DNA from: Chiloscyllium plagiosum
Taxonomy: Eukaryota
Assembly: GCF_004010195.1 (NCBI RefSeq)
Contig: NW_025215380.1
Coordinates: 46,428-108,427 of the forward strand
Length of the DNA: 62,000 bases
Direction: 5' to 3'
Shown: in pieces, positions 1 through 11,989 of the stretch
How positions within the stretch are numbered: the first letter of the stretch is position 1
How the letters are laid out: each line of letters opens with the position of its first letter
Notes under the pieces: model-generated
Told to the model about the DNA's origin: nothing
Seen by the model: the letters and a program-made list of their open reading frames with translations, nothing else
Database searches by the model: none
Translations under genes and position numbers: made by a program

Positions 1-662
1 GCAGGTAGATAGGATAGTGAAGAAGGCGTTTGGTATGCTTTCCTTTATTGGTCAGAGTATTGAGTACAGGAGTTGGGAGGTCATGTTGCGGCTGTACAGG
101 ACATTGGTTAGACTACTGTTGGAATATTGCATGCAATTCTGGTCTCCTTCCTAACAAAAAGATGTTGTGAAACTTGAAAGGGTTCAGAAAAGATTTACAA
201 GGATGTTGCCAGGGTTGGAGAATCTGAGCTCGAGGGAGAGGTTGAATAGGCTGGGGCTGTTTTCCCTAGAGCATCAGAGGCTGAGGGGTGACCTTATAGA
301 GGTTTATAAAATCATGGGGGACATGGATTGGATAAATAGACAAAGTCTTTTCCCTGGGGTGGTGGAGTCCAGAACTAGAGGGCATAGGTTTAGGATGACG
401 GGGAAAGATATAAAAGAGACCTAAGGGGCAACTTTTTCACACAGAGGGTGGTACGTGTATGGAATGAGCTGCCAGAGGAAGTGGTGGAGGCTGGTACAAT
501 TATAACACTTAAGAGGCATTTGGATGAGTATATGAATAGGAAGGGTTTGGAGGGATGTGGGCCGGGTGCTGGCAGGTGGGACTAGATTGGGTTGGGATAT
601 CTGGTCTGCATGGACGAGTTGGGCCGAAGGGTCTGTTTCCATGCTGCACATCTCTATGACTC
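1..662 (+). mobile_element. CR1 (HER1-like) LINE 3' fragment
   Basis: ORF2 C-terminus KLERVQKRFTRMLPGL...RGDLIEVYKI...FFTQRVVRVWNELP with stops/frameshift. The 3' UTR ends in ctctatgactc. Confidence 0.9.
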
Positions 663-2049
663 ATCGTGGTAAGGGCATCGGTGAAAGCTAGATGGCATCA
701 AAGGGTCAATGGCGTGGTGAAGGGGACCTGTGCCAGGCCACCAAGCCCATGACCTATGACTTTAAAAAGCAGGACTGTCAAGTTGGACACGGTATTCCTT
801 CAATTTTCTGCCTTTGTATTCTATGTTTTGGTTTGTTTTCTCTATGGTTTAAGATGGCGCCAGACACTAAGCAACACTTTCCTCCGTGTCTTATAACAAG
901 ATACGCTTGACAATAAATAAATCAACGCAACTGACTTATCTGCAAAATCTTAGTCTCAGAAGTTGTTTTCTTGTGGTGAACTGCTCTAGATTGTAAAGCA
1001 TTTCCCAGTATCACTTCTGAACTCAGCTCTGACTTTAACACAATGCTGCCCCTCCCCTCTCCCCCAACTCGCTTTAAAAAGTGCCTTGAGTGTGGAGGGG
1101 GTCTTAGTTTCAGGATCCTCTGAAAACAGAATGATTCCTCAGACTGTTCCCGGGATTCTGAGAGAGCAGAGCCCCCAGCTGTATCACAGATGCTTTCACA
1201 TTCCTGCAGGGTCAACAGATACTTTCAGAGCCAGAGGAAGGTCCCCAGACGGTGGGCTCTCGAAATGATCAGCTAATGACTTGTGGAGTATAGCCAGGGG
1301 AGGGGGAGCTGTGTGTGTAGTGGTAGTGTCCCTCCCCTCTGAGCGAGGTGAAGCTGGGTTCAAGTCCAGCCTGCTCCAGAGGTAAGTCTTAACCTGCTTA
1401 AACAAGTTGGTCTTATTGTTTTTAAAGAAAGCACGTTTCATCTTTGAGAAGCACCGATCGCCTTGTTAGTGGGAGGAGGCAGCAGAGAATTAAACAAAAA
1501 CATCAAAGCAGGAAAGGGAAGCAAGGTTTGCTCTCCAAAAGGAGATCTCTCTCTCTCTCACCTGAACTTGCACCGTTTATTATTAAACCTGCACTCCTTT
1601 TCCTCCACCATGTACACTCCCTTTTGCACTGGGCCTCTCCCTCTGTCAAATGCAAAACTAAATAAAGACGGAATTTTCTCGTCCCCTTCCAGTTCTAAAA
1701 GGGAGTCAGGCTGGAAATGAAAACGCTAACTCTCTCCCTGCACAGGTCCCTGAATTTCTCCAGCACTTTCCTCTCTCACTCTCACTCTCTCTCTGTGCAG
1801 ACTGTGAGGCGGATGAAGAAGATTGCACTTACCCACAGGAAGAAAGCAGTTGCTTCCAGGCGACTGGGCAAGGGGATGACGACCAGGGTGTAGCCAGGCG
1901 GCAAAGGCATAGGGATGGGGAGGGGAGAGGGTAGAGAAGGTGGGCTTTGAAGGGGGAGAAGCTACAGGGTTTGACCCCCTCCCCCCTTCACTCCTCCCCC
2001 TCAGTCACCCCTCCCTCCAATACCTTGGTCTCACCACCTCCTCTGGCCC

Positions 2050-2500
2050 TCTCACACACACTCACAGACAGACACACACAATCAGAGACAGACAGAGACA
2101 CACACAATCAGAGACAGAGACACAGACACACACTCAGACAGAGACTGACAGACACAGACACATAGAAACTGACACACTCAGAGACACACACAGACACATT
2201 CAGAGATAGACAAATACAAACACACAATCAGAGACAGACACATACACACACAATCAGAGACAGAGACAGAGACTGAGACACAGACAGACACACACTCAGA
2301 CAGGGACTGACAGACACACAGACGGAGACTGACAGACACAGACACAGTAGTCAGAAACTGACACACTCAGAGACACGCACACAGGCACATTCAGAGACAG
2401 AAAATTACAAACACTCAGAGATACACATGCACACTCAGACAGGCACTCACACACACACACACACTCAGAGACAGACACACACACACACACACACACAGAC
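2050..2500. repeat. Degenerate (CA)n/(GA)n compound microsatellite
   Basis: acacacagacagagac-type low-complexity run ending in pure (CA)n. Confidence 0.9.
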
Positions 2501-2814
2501 CCAAGCTGGAGCACTGCCACTCGGCTCTGACTGAGTGGAATGCCAAAGGGCTGAGGCACGATGAGAAGGGGAAGAGTTACTGTCTGCCTGCAGAGGAGAC
2601 TGCCCTCCCTATCCCCCCGGCTCAGGGAGATTAAAAGCAAACTGAACTCCGGATTTAACCCAGGCCTGAACAGCAGGCAGCATCCAGCACTCCCTCCCTC
2701 CCACTGGCAACACACTGCTGACTACAGCAGAGCCCCGGGCCCCCGCCAATCCGAGCACTCCAACACTCCTTAACCCTTTCCTGACTGCCTTTCATTCTCC
2801 TGTGGGTGTGTTAT

Positions 2815-3180
2815 ACAGTCATAGAGATGTACAGCATGGAAACAGACCCTTCAGTCCATGCTGACCCAATATAGTCCCACATGCCAGCACCCGGCCCATA
2901 TCCCTCCAAACCCTTCCTACTCATATACCCATCCAGATGCCTCTTAAATGTTGCAATTGTACCAGCCTCCACCACATCCTCTGGCAGCTCATTCCATACA
3001 CGTACCACCCTCTGTGTGAAAAAGTTGCCCCTTAGGTCCCTTTTATATCTTTCCCCTCTCACCCTAAACCTATGCCCTCTAGTTCTGGACTCCGCCACCC
3101 CAGGGAAAAGACTTTGTCTATTTATCCAATCCATGTCCCTCATGATTTTATAAACCACTATAAGGTCACCCCTCAGGCTC
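2815..3180 (-). mobile_element. CR1 LINE 3' fragment
   Basis: Minus-strand LRGDLIVVYKIMR...FKRHLDGYM plus the family 3' UTR. Confidence 0.9.
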
Positions 3181-3537
3181 ATCCATAACAGAAAAGGCAG
3201 GGTGAGGGTCCAGGGAGTGCAGCTGTCAGAAGCAGATCGCTGTTGCCCCAGTCCAGGGCACATTGAAAGCCAACAGGCAGCAAGGGAGGCAGAAGAGTTT
3301 ATCACGAGGGGATTTGAGTGCAGGAGTCAACTTGTCTTTTGTAAAGCCTTAGTGATTTTGCAACTGAAGTTTTCAGACACTACTTTGAACCATGGAATCA
3401 TAATCACACAGTACGGAAGAGATCCTTCGGCCCAGCAAGCCTGTACTGCCAAAACCCATAATATTCATAGCCCTGAAATATTATGACATTTTCAAGTGCT
3501 CATCAAAACACTTTTTAAAGGTTGTGAGGTTCAACTA

Positions 3538-3652
3538 CTCTCCCAGACAATGTATATCCCACCATGTTCCCTCAGACTCCCAGACAATGTATAAGCCACC
3601 ATGTTCCCTCAGACTCCCAGACAATGTATATCCCACCATGTTCACTCAGACC
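3538..3652. repeat. About 38-bp tandem repeat, 3 copies
   Basis: ctcccagacaatgtatatcccaccatgttccctcaga repeated three times. Confidence 0.85.
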
Positions 3653-3759
3653 CCCTCTAAACTTCCTGCCTTCCACCTTAAATGTCTCTTATTACTGACA
3701 CTCCAAGTAAGCTGATTTCAGTCTAAACGCGCTACACCACTCCATCTGTTACAGCTCTG

Positions 3760-4085
3760 TCATATTCCCCCCTTCTCTGCTCTAGGGAGGACAACCCCAG
3801 TGTATCCAGCCTCTCTCTCCATCACTGAGACACTCCATCCCAGGGGCAGCATTCTGGCGAAACATCTGTGCCACCCCCCCCCACACACCTCCAGTGCAAT
3901 CCCATCCTTCCAAGAGCGCGTAGGCCAGAACTCCACACTGCACTCCAGCTTTGGTCTCACCAAAGCCCCGTACAGATCTGACAGAACCTCCCTGCTCTTA
4001 TCATCGCTGACTCTACCGGTAAAGCTAGGTGTCCCAAATGCCTTCTTAATGACCCGGATAACCTGCCCTGACACAGTCAGGGATC
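3760..4085 (-). mobile_element. Older, diverged CR1 ORF2 C-terminal fragment
   Basis: LYGALVRPKLECSVEFW...RCFARMLP similarity to the CR1 ORF2 tail. Confidence 0.7.
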
Positions 4086-4134
4086 TGTGGACAAGTTCCT
4101 CAGGAACCCATTTTTTTTCTGTAGCTGTGGACAC

Positions 4135-4345
4135 TGGAAATCAGAAACAAAAACAGAAATTACTGTGAAAGCAGGTCAGGCAGCATCTGTGGAGGGAAAT
4201 CAGAGTGAACGTTTCGGGTCCAATGACCCTCCCTCAGAACTGATGGTAGTGAGGGAAATGTTGGATTTTATGCAGTAGATAGGGTGGGGGAGGGGATAAG
4301 GAGTAAATGATTGGTGGAGATAGAGTCCAAAAGCAGTTGGGCAGA
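4135..4345 (-). mobile_element. Penelope-like element terminus with degenerate hammerhead motif
   Basis: Minus strand gttCTGAGGGaGGGTCattgGACCCGAAACGTT at about 4208-4240, followed by the cagatgctgcctgacctg tail shared with other copies. Confidence 0.65.
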
Positions 4346-4379
4346 CAAAGGAGTGGGCCGCGGTGAGGGGAGGCGAGGC

Positions 4380-4670
4380 GATGGCTGAATGGTATTTAGC
4401 ACTGCCTGTTAATGCAGAGACTCAGGGAATGTTCCGGTGGACCCCGATTCAAATCCCACCACTTCAGATGGTGAAATCTGAATTCAATGAAAGTCTGGAA
4501 TTATGGGACTAATGATGATTGTCGGGAAGCCCCATCTGTGAGAAGGAATTTGCCATCCTAACCTGGTCTGGTCGACATGGGACTCCAGAACCACAGCAGT
4601 GGAGTTGACTCTTAACTGGGATGGGCAATAAATGCTGGCCTTGCCAGTGACTCCCTCATCCCATGTGTCA
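4380..4670 (+). mobile_element. tRNA-derived SINE, second family (other copies about 13390-13660, 26365-26705, 26715-27030, 58160-58360; minus-strand copies about 18665-18800, 31930-32170)
   Basis: B-box-like gattcaaatccc, shared core ccttacctggtctggcctacatgtgactccagacccacagc, and a gggcaataaatgctggcc tail shared with L2/CR1-like LINE ends. Confidence 0.7.
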
Positions 4671-4863
4671 GCCTATGCGAATGAATAGCTGCTAATGGGG
4701 ACTGTTAGCGCTGTCCTGGAGTCTCCCTTTTGAAGGAAGGCTACATTTGCAAAGGATTTCAAAGGAGGTTCACCAGCTTAACGGCTGGGACAGTGACATT
4801 GCCTTTCAAGGGGAGATTGAGGAAACAGCATCTGGACGGGGATGGTCAATGTGATTGAAATTT

Positions 4864-5165
4864 AGGGAGGGTCTGACAGGGAGGGTCAGACAAGCAGGGT
4901 CTGACAGGGAGGGTGTGACAGGGAGGGTCTGACAGGGAGGGTCAGACAGGGAGGGTGTGACAGGGAGGGTCTGACAGGGAGGGTGTGACAGGGAGGGTCT
5001 GACAGGGAGGGTCAGACAAGGTGGGTCTGACAGGATGGGAGTGACAGGGTGGGTCTGACAGGGTGGGTCTGACAGGGTGGGTCTGACAGGGTGGGTCTGA
5101 CAGGATGTGTCTGGCAGGGAGGGTCAGACAGGGTGGGTCTGACAGGGAGAGTCTGACAGGGTGGG
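4864..5165. repeat. 15-bp G-rich tandem repeat (gggagggtctgacag / gggtgggtctgacag), about 20 copies
   Basis: Direct inspection. Confidence 0.9.
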
Positions 5166-8100
5166 ACCCACTGTCTCCCCCAGTCCCAGGTGGAAGGGTG
5201 AAAAGACAGTGTCTGACCCAATGTCCCAGCCAGTCCCAGAGGGAAGGGCCACAGGACAGTGTCTGCCCCACTGTCTCCCCCCGTCCAGAGGGAGGGGGGG
5301 AATGGACAGTGTCTGACCCACTGTCCCAGCCTGTCCCAGGGTGAGAGGGACCAGGACAGTGTCGGACCCACTGTCTCCCCCAGTCGCAGAGGGCGGGAGG
5401 AAAGGACAGTATCTGACCCACTCTCTTCCCCAGTCCCAGAAGGAGGGGGGAAAGGACAGTATCTGACCCATTGTCCCAGCCAGTCCCAGAGGGAGGGGGG
5501 AAAGGACACTGTCTCCCCAGTCCCAGAGGGTGTAGGGAAAGGACAGTCTCTGACCTACTGTCCCAACCAGTCCCAGAGTTTAGGGGGAAAGGACAGTCTC
5601 TGACCACGGTCTCCCCAGTCCCAGAGGTAGGAGGAAAAGGACAGTGTCTGACCTACTGTCTCCCCCAGTCCCAGGATGAGTGGGCACAGGACAGTGTCTG
5701 TCCCACTATCTCCCCCATTCCCAGAGGGAGGTAGGAAAGGACACTGTGTGACCCACTCTCTTCCCCATTCCCAGAAGGAGGGGTGTGGAAGGACAGTGTC
5801 TGACCCACTGTCTACCCCCAGTCCCAGGATGAGGGGGCACAGGACAGTGTCTGACCCACTGTCCCAGCCAGTCCCAGAGGGAGGGAGGAAACGACAGTGT
5901 GTGACCCACTGTCTACCCCCAGTCCCAGGATGAGTGGGCACAGGACAGTGTCTGTCCCACTATCTCCCCCATTCCCAGAGGGAGGGGCCACAGGACAGTG
6001 TCTGACCCACTGTCTCCTCCAGTCCCAGAGGGAGGGGGGGAAGGACAGTATCTGACCCACTGTCCCAGCCAGTCCCAGAGGGAGGGGGGAAAGGACAGTG
6101 TCTGACCCACTGTCTCAGCCAGTCCCAGAGGGAGGTAGGAAAGGACACTGTGTGACCCATTCTCTTCCCCATTCCCAGAAGGAGGGGTGTGGAAGGACAG
6201 TGTCTGACCCACTGTCTACCCGCAGTCCCAGGATGAGGGGGCACAGGACAGTGTCTGACCCACTGTCTCCCCCAGTCCCAGAGGTAGGAGGAAAAGGACA
6301 GTGTCTGACTCACTGTCTCCCCCAGTCCCAGAGGGAGGGGGGAATAGACATTATGTGACCCACTGTCTACCCCATTCCCGGAGGGAGGGGCCACACGACA
6401 GTGTCTGACCCACTGTCTCCTCCAGTCCCAGAGGGAGGGGGGAAAGGACAGTGTCTGACCCACTGTCCCAGCCAGTCTCAGAGGGAGGGGGGAAAGGACA
6501 GTATGTGACCCACTGTCTACCCCATTCCCGGAGGGAGGGGCCACAGGACAGTGTCTGACCCACTGTCTCCTCCAGTCCCAGAGGGAGGGGATAAAGTACA
6601 GCGTCTGACCCACTGTCCCAGCCAGTCTCAGAGAGAGGGGGGAAATGGACAGTGTCTGACCCACTGTCTCAGCCAGTCCCAGAGGGAGGGAGGAAAGGAC
6701 ACTGTGTGACCCACTCTCTTCCCCAGTCCCAGAAGGAGGGGTGTTGAAGGACAGTGTCTGACCCACTGTCTACCCCCAGTCCCAGGATGAGGGGGCACAG
6801 GACAGTGTCTGACCCACTGTCTCCCCCAGTCCCAGAGGGAGGGGGGAAAGGACAGTGTCTGACCCAATGTCCCAGCCTGTCCCAGAGGGAGGCAGAACAG
6901 ACAGTATCTGACCCACTGTCCCAGCGAGTCCCAGAGGTTGGAGGGAAAGGACAGTGTCTGACTCACTGTCTCCCCCAGTCCCAGAGGGAGGGGGGCAAGG
7001 ACACTGTCTGACCCAATGTCCCAGCCAGTCCTAGAGGGAGGGGGGAAAGGACACTGTCTGACCCAATGTCCCAGCCAGTCCTAGAGGGAGGGGGGAAAGG
7101 ACAGTGGCTGACCCACTGTCTCCCCCAGTCCCAGGTGGAGTGGGGAAAGGACATTGTCTGATTCACTGTCTCCCCCTGTCCCAGAGGTAGGAGGAAAAGG
7201 ACAGTGTTTGACCCACTGTCTCCTCCAGTCCCAGAGGGAGGGCGGAAAGGACACTGTGTGACCCACTCTCTTCCCCAGTCCCAGAAGGAGGGGTGTGGAA
7301 GGACAGTGTCTGACCCACTGTCTACCCGCAGTCCCAGAGGGAGGGGGGAAAGGACATTGTCTGATCCACTGTCCCAACCAGTCCCAGGGGGAGCGGGGAA
7401 AGGACAGCGTCTGATCCACTGTCTCCCCCAGTCCCAGAGGGAGGGAGGGGAATGGACAATGTCTGACTCACTGTCCCAGCTTGTCCCAGGGGGAGGGGGA
7501 CCAGGACAGTGTCTGACCCATTGTCCCAGCCAGTCCCAGGGGGAGCGGGGAAAAGACATTGTCTGACTCACTGTTTCCCCCAGTCCCAGAGGGAGAGGGG
7601 AAAGGACTATCAGACCCACTGTCCCAGCCAGTCCCAGGGGGAGGGGGGAAAGGACTGTCAGACCCACTGTCCCAGCCAGTCCCAGAAGGAGGGTGGGGAA
7701 AGGACAGTGTCTGACCCACTGTCCCAGCCAGTCCCAGAGGGCGGGGGAAAAGGACAGTGTCAGACCCACTGTCCCAGCCAGTCCCAGAGGGCGGAGGGAA
7801 AGGACAGTGTCTGACCCACTGTCCCAGCCAGTCCCAGAGGGAGGGGGGAAAGGACAGTGTCAGACCCACTGTCCCAGCCAGTCCCAGAGGGCGGAGGGAA
7901 AGGACAGTGTCTGACCCACTGTCCCAGCCAGTCCCAGAGGGAGGAGGGAAAGGACAGTGTGTGACCCACTGTCCCAGTCAGTCCCAGAGGGAGGGGGGAA
8001 AGGACAGTATCTGACCCACTGTCCCAGCCAGTCCCAGAGGAAGGGGGGAAAGGACAGTGTCTGACCCACTTTCCCAGCCAGTCCCAGAAGGAGGCGGGGG

Positions 8101-9184
8101 AAAGGACAGTGTGTGACCCACTGTTTACCCCCAGTCCCAGAGGGACGGGGGAAAGTACAGTATCTGACCCACTGTCTCAGCCAGTCTCTGAGGGAGGGGG
8201 GAAAGGACACTGTCTGACCCACTCTCTTCCCCAGTCCCAGAGGGAGGGAGGAAAGGACAATGTCTGACCCACTGTCTCCCCCAGTCCCAGAGGTAGGAGG
8301 AAAAGGATAGTGTCTGACCTACTGTCTCCCCCAGTCCCAGGGTGAGGGGGCACAGGACAGTGTCTGACCCAGTGTCTCCCCGAGTCCCAGAGGGAGTGGG
8401 GAAAGGACAGTGTCTGACCCAATGTCCCAGCCTGTCCCAGAGGGAGGCAGAACAGACAGTATCTGACCCACTGTCCCAGCGAGTCCCAGAGGTAGGAGGG
8501 AAAGGACTGTCTCTGACTCACTCTCTCCCCCAGTCCCAGAGGGAGGGAGGAAAGGACAATGTCTGACCTACTGTCTCCCCCAGTCCCAGAGAGAGGGAGG
8601 AAACGACAGTGTGTGACCCACTGTCCACCCCAGTCCCAGGATGAGGGGGCACAGGACAGTGTCTGTCCCACTATCTCCCCTATTCCCGGAGGGACGGGCC
8701 ACAGGACAGTGTCTGACCCACTGTCTCCTCCAGTCCCAGAGGGAGGGGGGGATGGACAGTGTCCCACCCACTGTCTCAGCCATTCCCAGAGGGAGGGGGG
8801 AAATGGACAGTGTCTGACCCACTGTCTCAGCCAGTCCCAGAGGAAGGGGGGAAAGGACAGCGTCTGACCCACTGTCTCAGCCAGTCCCAGAGGGAGGGGG
8901 GAAAGGACAGCGTCTGACCCACTGTCCCAGCCAGTCCCAGAGGGAGGGGGGAAAGGACAGCGTCTGACCCACTGTCCCAGTCAGTCCCAGAGGAAGGGGG
9001 GAAAGGACAGCGTCTGACCCACTGTCTCAGCCAGTCCCAGAGGGAGGGAGGAAAGGACACTGTGTGACCCACTCTCTTCCCCAGTCCCAGAAGGAGGGGT
9101 GTGGAAGGACAGTGTCTGACCCACTGTCTACCCCCAGTCCCAGGATGAGGGGGCACAGGACAGTGTCTGACTGTCCCAGCCAGT
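5165..9184. repeat. About 47-50-bp minisatellite/satellite array with palindromic core, running into a gap
   Basis: Consensus ggacagtgtctgacccactgtcccagccagtcccagagggaggggggaaa repeated over about 4 kb (roughly 80 units) with recurring variants. Confidence 0.95.
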
Positions 9185-9684
9185 NNNNNNNNNNNNNNNN
9201 NNNNNNNNNNNNNNNNNNNNNNNNNNNNNNNNNNNNNNNNNNNNNNNNNNNNNNNNNNNNNNNNNNNNNNNNNNNNNNNNNNNNNNNNNNNNNNNNNNNN
9301 NNNNNNNNNNNNNNNNNNNNNNNNNNNNNNNNNNNNNNNNNNNNNNNNNNNNNNNNNNNNNNNNNNNNNNNNNNNNNNNNNNNNNNNNNNNNNNNNNNNN
9401 NNNNNNNNNNNNNNNNNNNNNNNNNNNNNNNNNNNNNNNNNNNNNNNNNNNNNNNNNNNNNNNNNNNNNNNNNNNNNNNNNNNNNNNNNNNNNNNNNNNN
9501 NNNNNNNNNNNNNNNNNNNNNNNNNNNNNNNNNNNNNNNNNNNNNNNNNNNNNNNNNNNNNNNNNNNNNNNNNNNNNNNNNNNNNNNNNNNNNNNNNNNN
9601 NNNNNNNNNNNNNNNNNNNNNNNNNNNNNNNNNNNNNNNNNNNNNNNNNNNNNNNNNNNNNNNNNNNNNNNNNNNNNNNNNNNN
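9185..9684. other. Assembly gap of exactly 500 N (also 57438-57937); other gaps 20706-20785, 30326-30867, 35509-35800, 48353-49044
   Basis: N runs counted from the sequence. Confidence 0.98.
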
Positions 9685-9741
9685 CTGCTTCCACATTGTG
9701 GAGTTTCCATGTCTTAGCCTCTATGAGTTCTGTTCAAAAAT

Positions 9742-9908
9742 CATAAAACACCAGGTTATAGTCCAACAGGTTTATTTGCAAGTATTAGCTTTCGCAGCGT
9801 TATTCCTTCATTAGGTGAGTAGCTACCTGATGAAGGGACACAGTGCACTGAAAGCTAGTATTTCCAAATACACCTGGTGGACAAGAACCTGGTGTTGTGT
9901 GAGTTTCA
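9742..9908. mobile_element. Inverted pair of Penelope-like termini (family with GAAAGCTA hammerhead)
   Basis: acaccaggttatagtccaacaggtttatttg is mirrored by caaatacacctggtggacaagaacctggtgt. Plus strand has tacCTGATGA...GAAAGCTAgta at about 9824-9860. Confidence 0.7.
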
Positions 9909-10144
9909 ACTTTATTGACCCTGGTCCTCCACATCAGTGAATTTTGAACACATTAGGTCAAACCAAGCTCAATTGTGGTGCAACATTGCCATCTACTGGT
10001 CCGGTTGTACATTGCACAGCAAAGTTCAAAGTTTGTGAGAAGATTTGTAGCTCGGGTGCTCGTTGCTGTGGTTCTGTTCGCCGAGTTATAGGACCTGATC
10101 AGGCGTACCCCAGAACTCTGTGGGAAGCTGGGGAAGTGGTTGCT

Positions 10145-10707
10145 GGGTGAAAGTGAGGACTGCAGATGCTGGAGATCAGAATCTAGATCAGTGTGGTGCT
10201 GGAAAAGCACAGCAGGTCAGGCAGCATCCGAGGAGCATGAGAATCAACATTTCGGGCAGGAGCCCTTCATCAGGAATAAGGCTGGAAGCCTTGGGGGTGG
10301 AGAGATAAATGGGGACGGGATGGGGCTGGGGAGAAGGTAGTTGAGAGCGGGATAGGTGGATGGAGGAAGGGGTAATAGTGACATGTCAGAGGGGAGGGTG
10401 GAGCAGATAGGTGGGAAGGAAGATTGACAGGTTGGACAGGTCATGACAACGGTGCTGAGTTGGAAGGTTGGATGTGGGTTAAGGTGGGGGAGGGAAAATG
10501 AGGAAACTCGTTGAATCCATATTGATGCCATGGGGTTGGAGGGTCCCGAGACGGAAGATGAGGCGTTCTTCCTCCCTGCGTCAGGTGTTTAGGGAGTGGC
10601 AAAGGAGGAGGCCCAGGACCTGCATGTACTTGGTGGAGTGGAAAGGGGAGATGAAGTGTTTGGCCATGGGGTGGCGGAGTTGGTTGGTGCAGGTGTCTCG
10701 GAGATAT
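10145..10707 (-). mobile_element. Penelope-like (Neptune-type) 3' fragment: GIY-YIG C-terminus plus hammerhead-bearing tail
   Basis: Minus translation HPMAKHFISPFH...LGLLLCH...REEERLIFRLGTLQPHGINMD. Motif CTGATGAaGGGCtcctGCCCGAAA at about 10250-10273. Confidence 0.8.
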
Positions 10708-11015
10708 TAAGACCATAAGACATAGGAGCGGAGGTAAGGCCATTCGGCCCATCGAGTCCACTCCGCCATTCAATCATGGCTGATGGGCATTTCAACTCCA
10801 CTTACCCGCATTCTCCCCGTAGCCCTTAATTCCTTGTGACATCAAGAATTTATCAATCTCTACCTTGAAGACATTTAGCGTCCTGGCTTTCACTGCACTC
10901 TGCAGCAATGAATTCCACAGGCCCACCACTCTCTGGCTGAAGAAATATCTCCGCATTTCTGTTCTGAATTTACCCCCTCTAATTCTAAGGCTGTGCCACG
11001 GGTCCTAGTCTCCTA
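10708..11015 (-). mobile_element. CR1 3' end of a second subfamily (taagaccataagacatagg tail)
   Basis: 3' UTR and ORF tail (tttcttcagccagagagtggtgggcctgtggaattcattgc on minus). Related copies at 17555-18275, 49880-50160 and 61370-61590. Confidence 0.8.
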
Positions 11016-11989
11016 TATTGAAGTTGTATGAGTAAAATCTTTGCAGATGCCATCAAGTAAGAAGGCAGCCTGAATATTAGAGAAAGATTCAAGCATGTCT
11101 ATGGGCTGTGTGCTGAAAGATGAAATTAGGAAGGGCATCTGGGTGTCTTTGGGTCAGCATGGACTAGATAGGTTGAACAGCCCCAACTGTCTTGTTTTTA
11201 TGGTTCTGTGTAAGAGGAATTAAATCCAATCTTTCCTTTCTCTTTGGTACTTTCCTGTAAAAGAACGATTTGCACAATTTAATCTGGTCATTGTGAAATA
11301 AATTGTTTGGAACCAAGGAAATGGAATACATGTAAAATGGAATCACAGTACAACATACTGATCAAGAAAATAACCTGCGAATTACAGAAGATAAATTAAT
11401 TTACTTAAGAAAAGTAGTAAATAAGTATCGGATTTCATTATTAGCGGGATTTTTTCAATGAATTAATTAGGTCAGACATTAATTTGACCCAATCGATGTT
11501 CACTTCTGGGAAGGAAAGAAAATCTGGCTGGAAGGAAATATTAGAAAAATTGAGCTTATTTGCTTTGGCAAAATGAGGAAACAGAAGATTTAACAAGTTT
11601 GAAGATGGCTAATTGTTTTATTGATAAAGGGTAAAGTTATGAGGAACATTTAGTAGATAAGAAGGTAAGAATAGGAACAGAAGCCAGGTACAATCATACA
11701 GTCGCATCCTCCGAAAATCTTCAGCTGTTCAATTACATCAGACTGTTTCTATCTTGAAACTGGCTCTTTCAACTTTTTTTTGTCATTTTCTGTATACATT
11801 CAAAAGAAGAAAAAAATTTCAATGTAACAGTAAGAAAACGATAGTACTTCTGTCGCATCACATTCCATTCACAGATGATTCTAAACACTTCACAAACAAT
11901 GGTTTATTTTTTGCAAGTGCAGTCACTGTTTTGAAGGGAGATGCAGCAACCAAATGTACAAATCAACCTATCACATTAAAATTTGGCAG

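Noticed and set aside
5740..9070. RSS heptamer-like CACTGTG/GACAGTG motifs in the satellite
   Set aside because: Most copies lack the essential CAC in heptamer orientation. No nonamer was seen at 12/23 spacing and there are no V/D/J segments.
5165..9184. CRISPR-like look (palindromic repeat plus variable spacer)
   Set aside because: The spacers are mutually related and recur, there are no cas genes, and the context is vertebrate. It is a minisatellite.
4942..9184. Many 100-290 aa ORFs (WDWLGQWVRHCPFPP repeats)
   Set aside because: They are translations of the tandem repeat in multiple overlapping frames.
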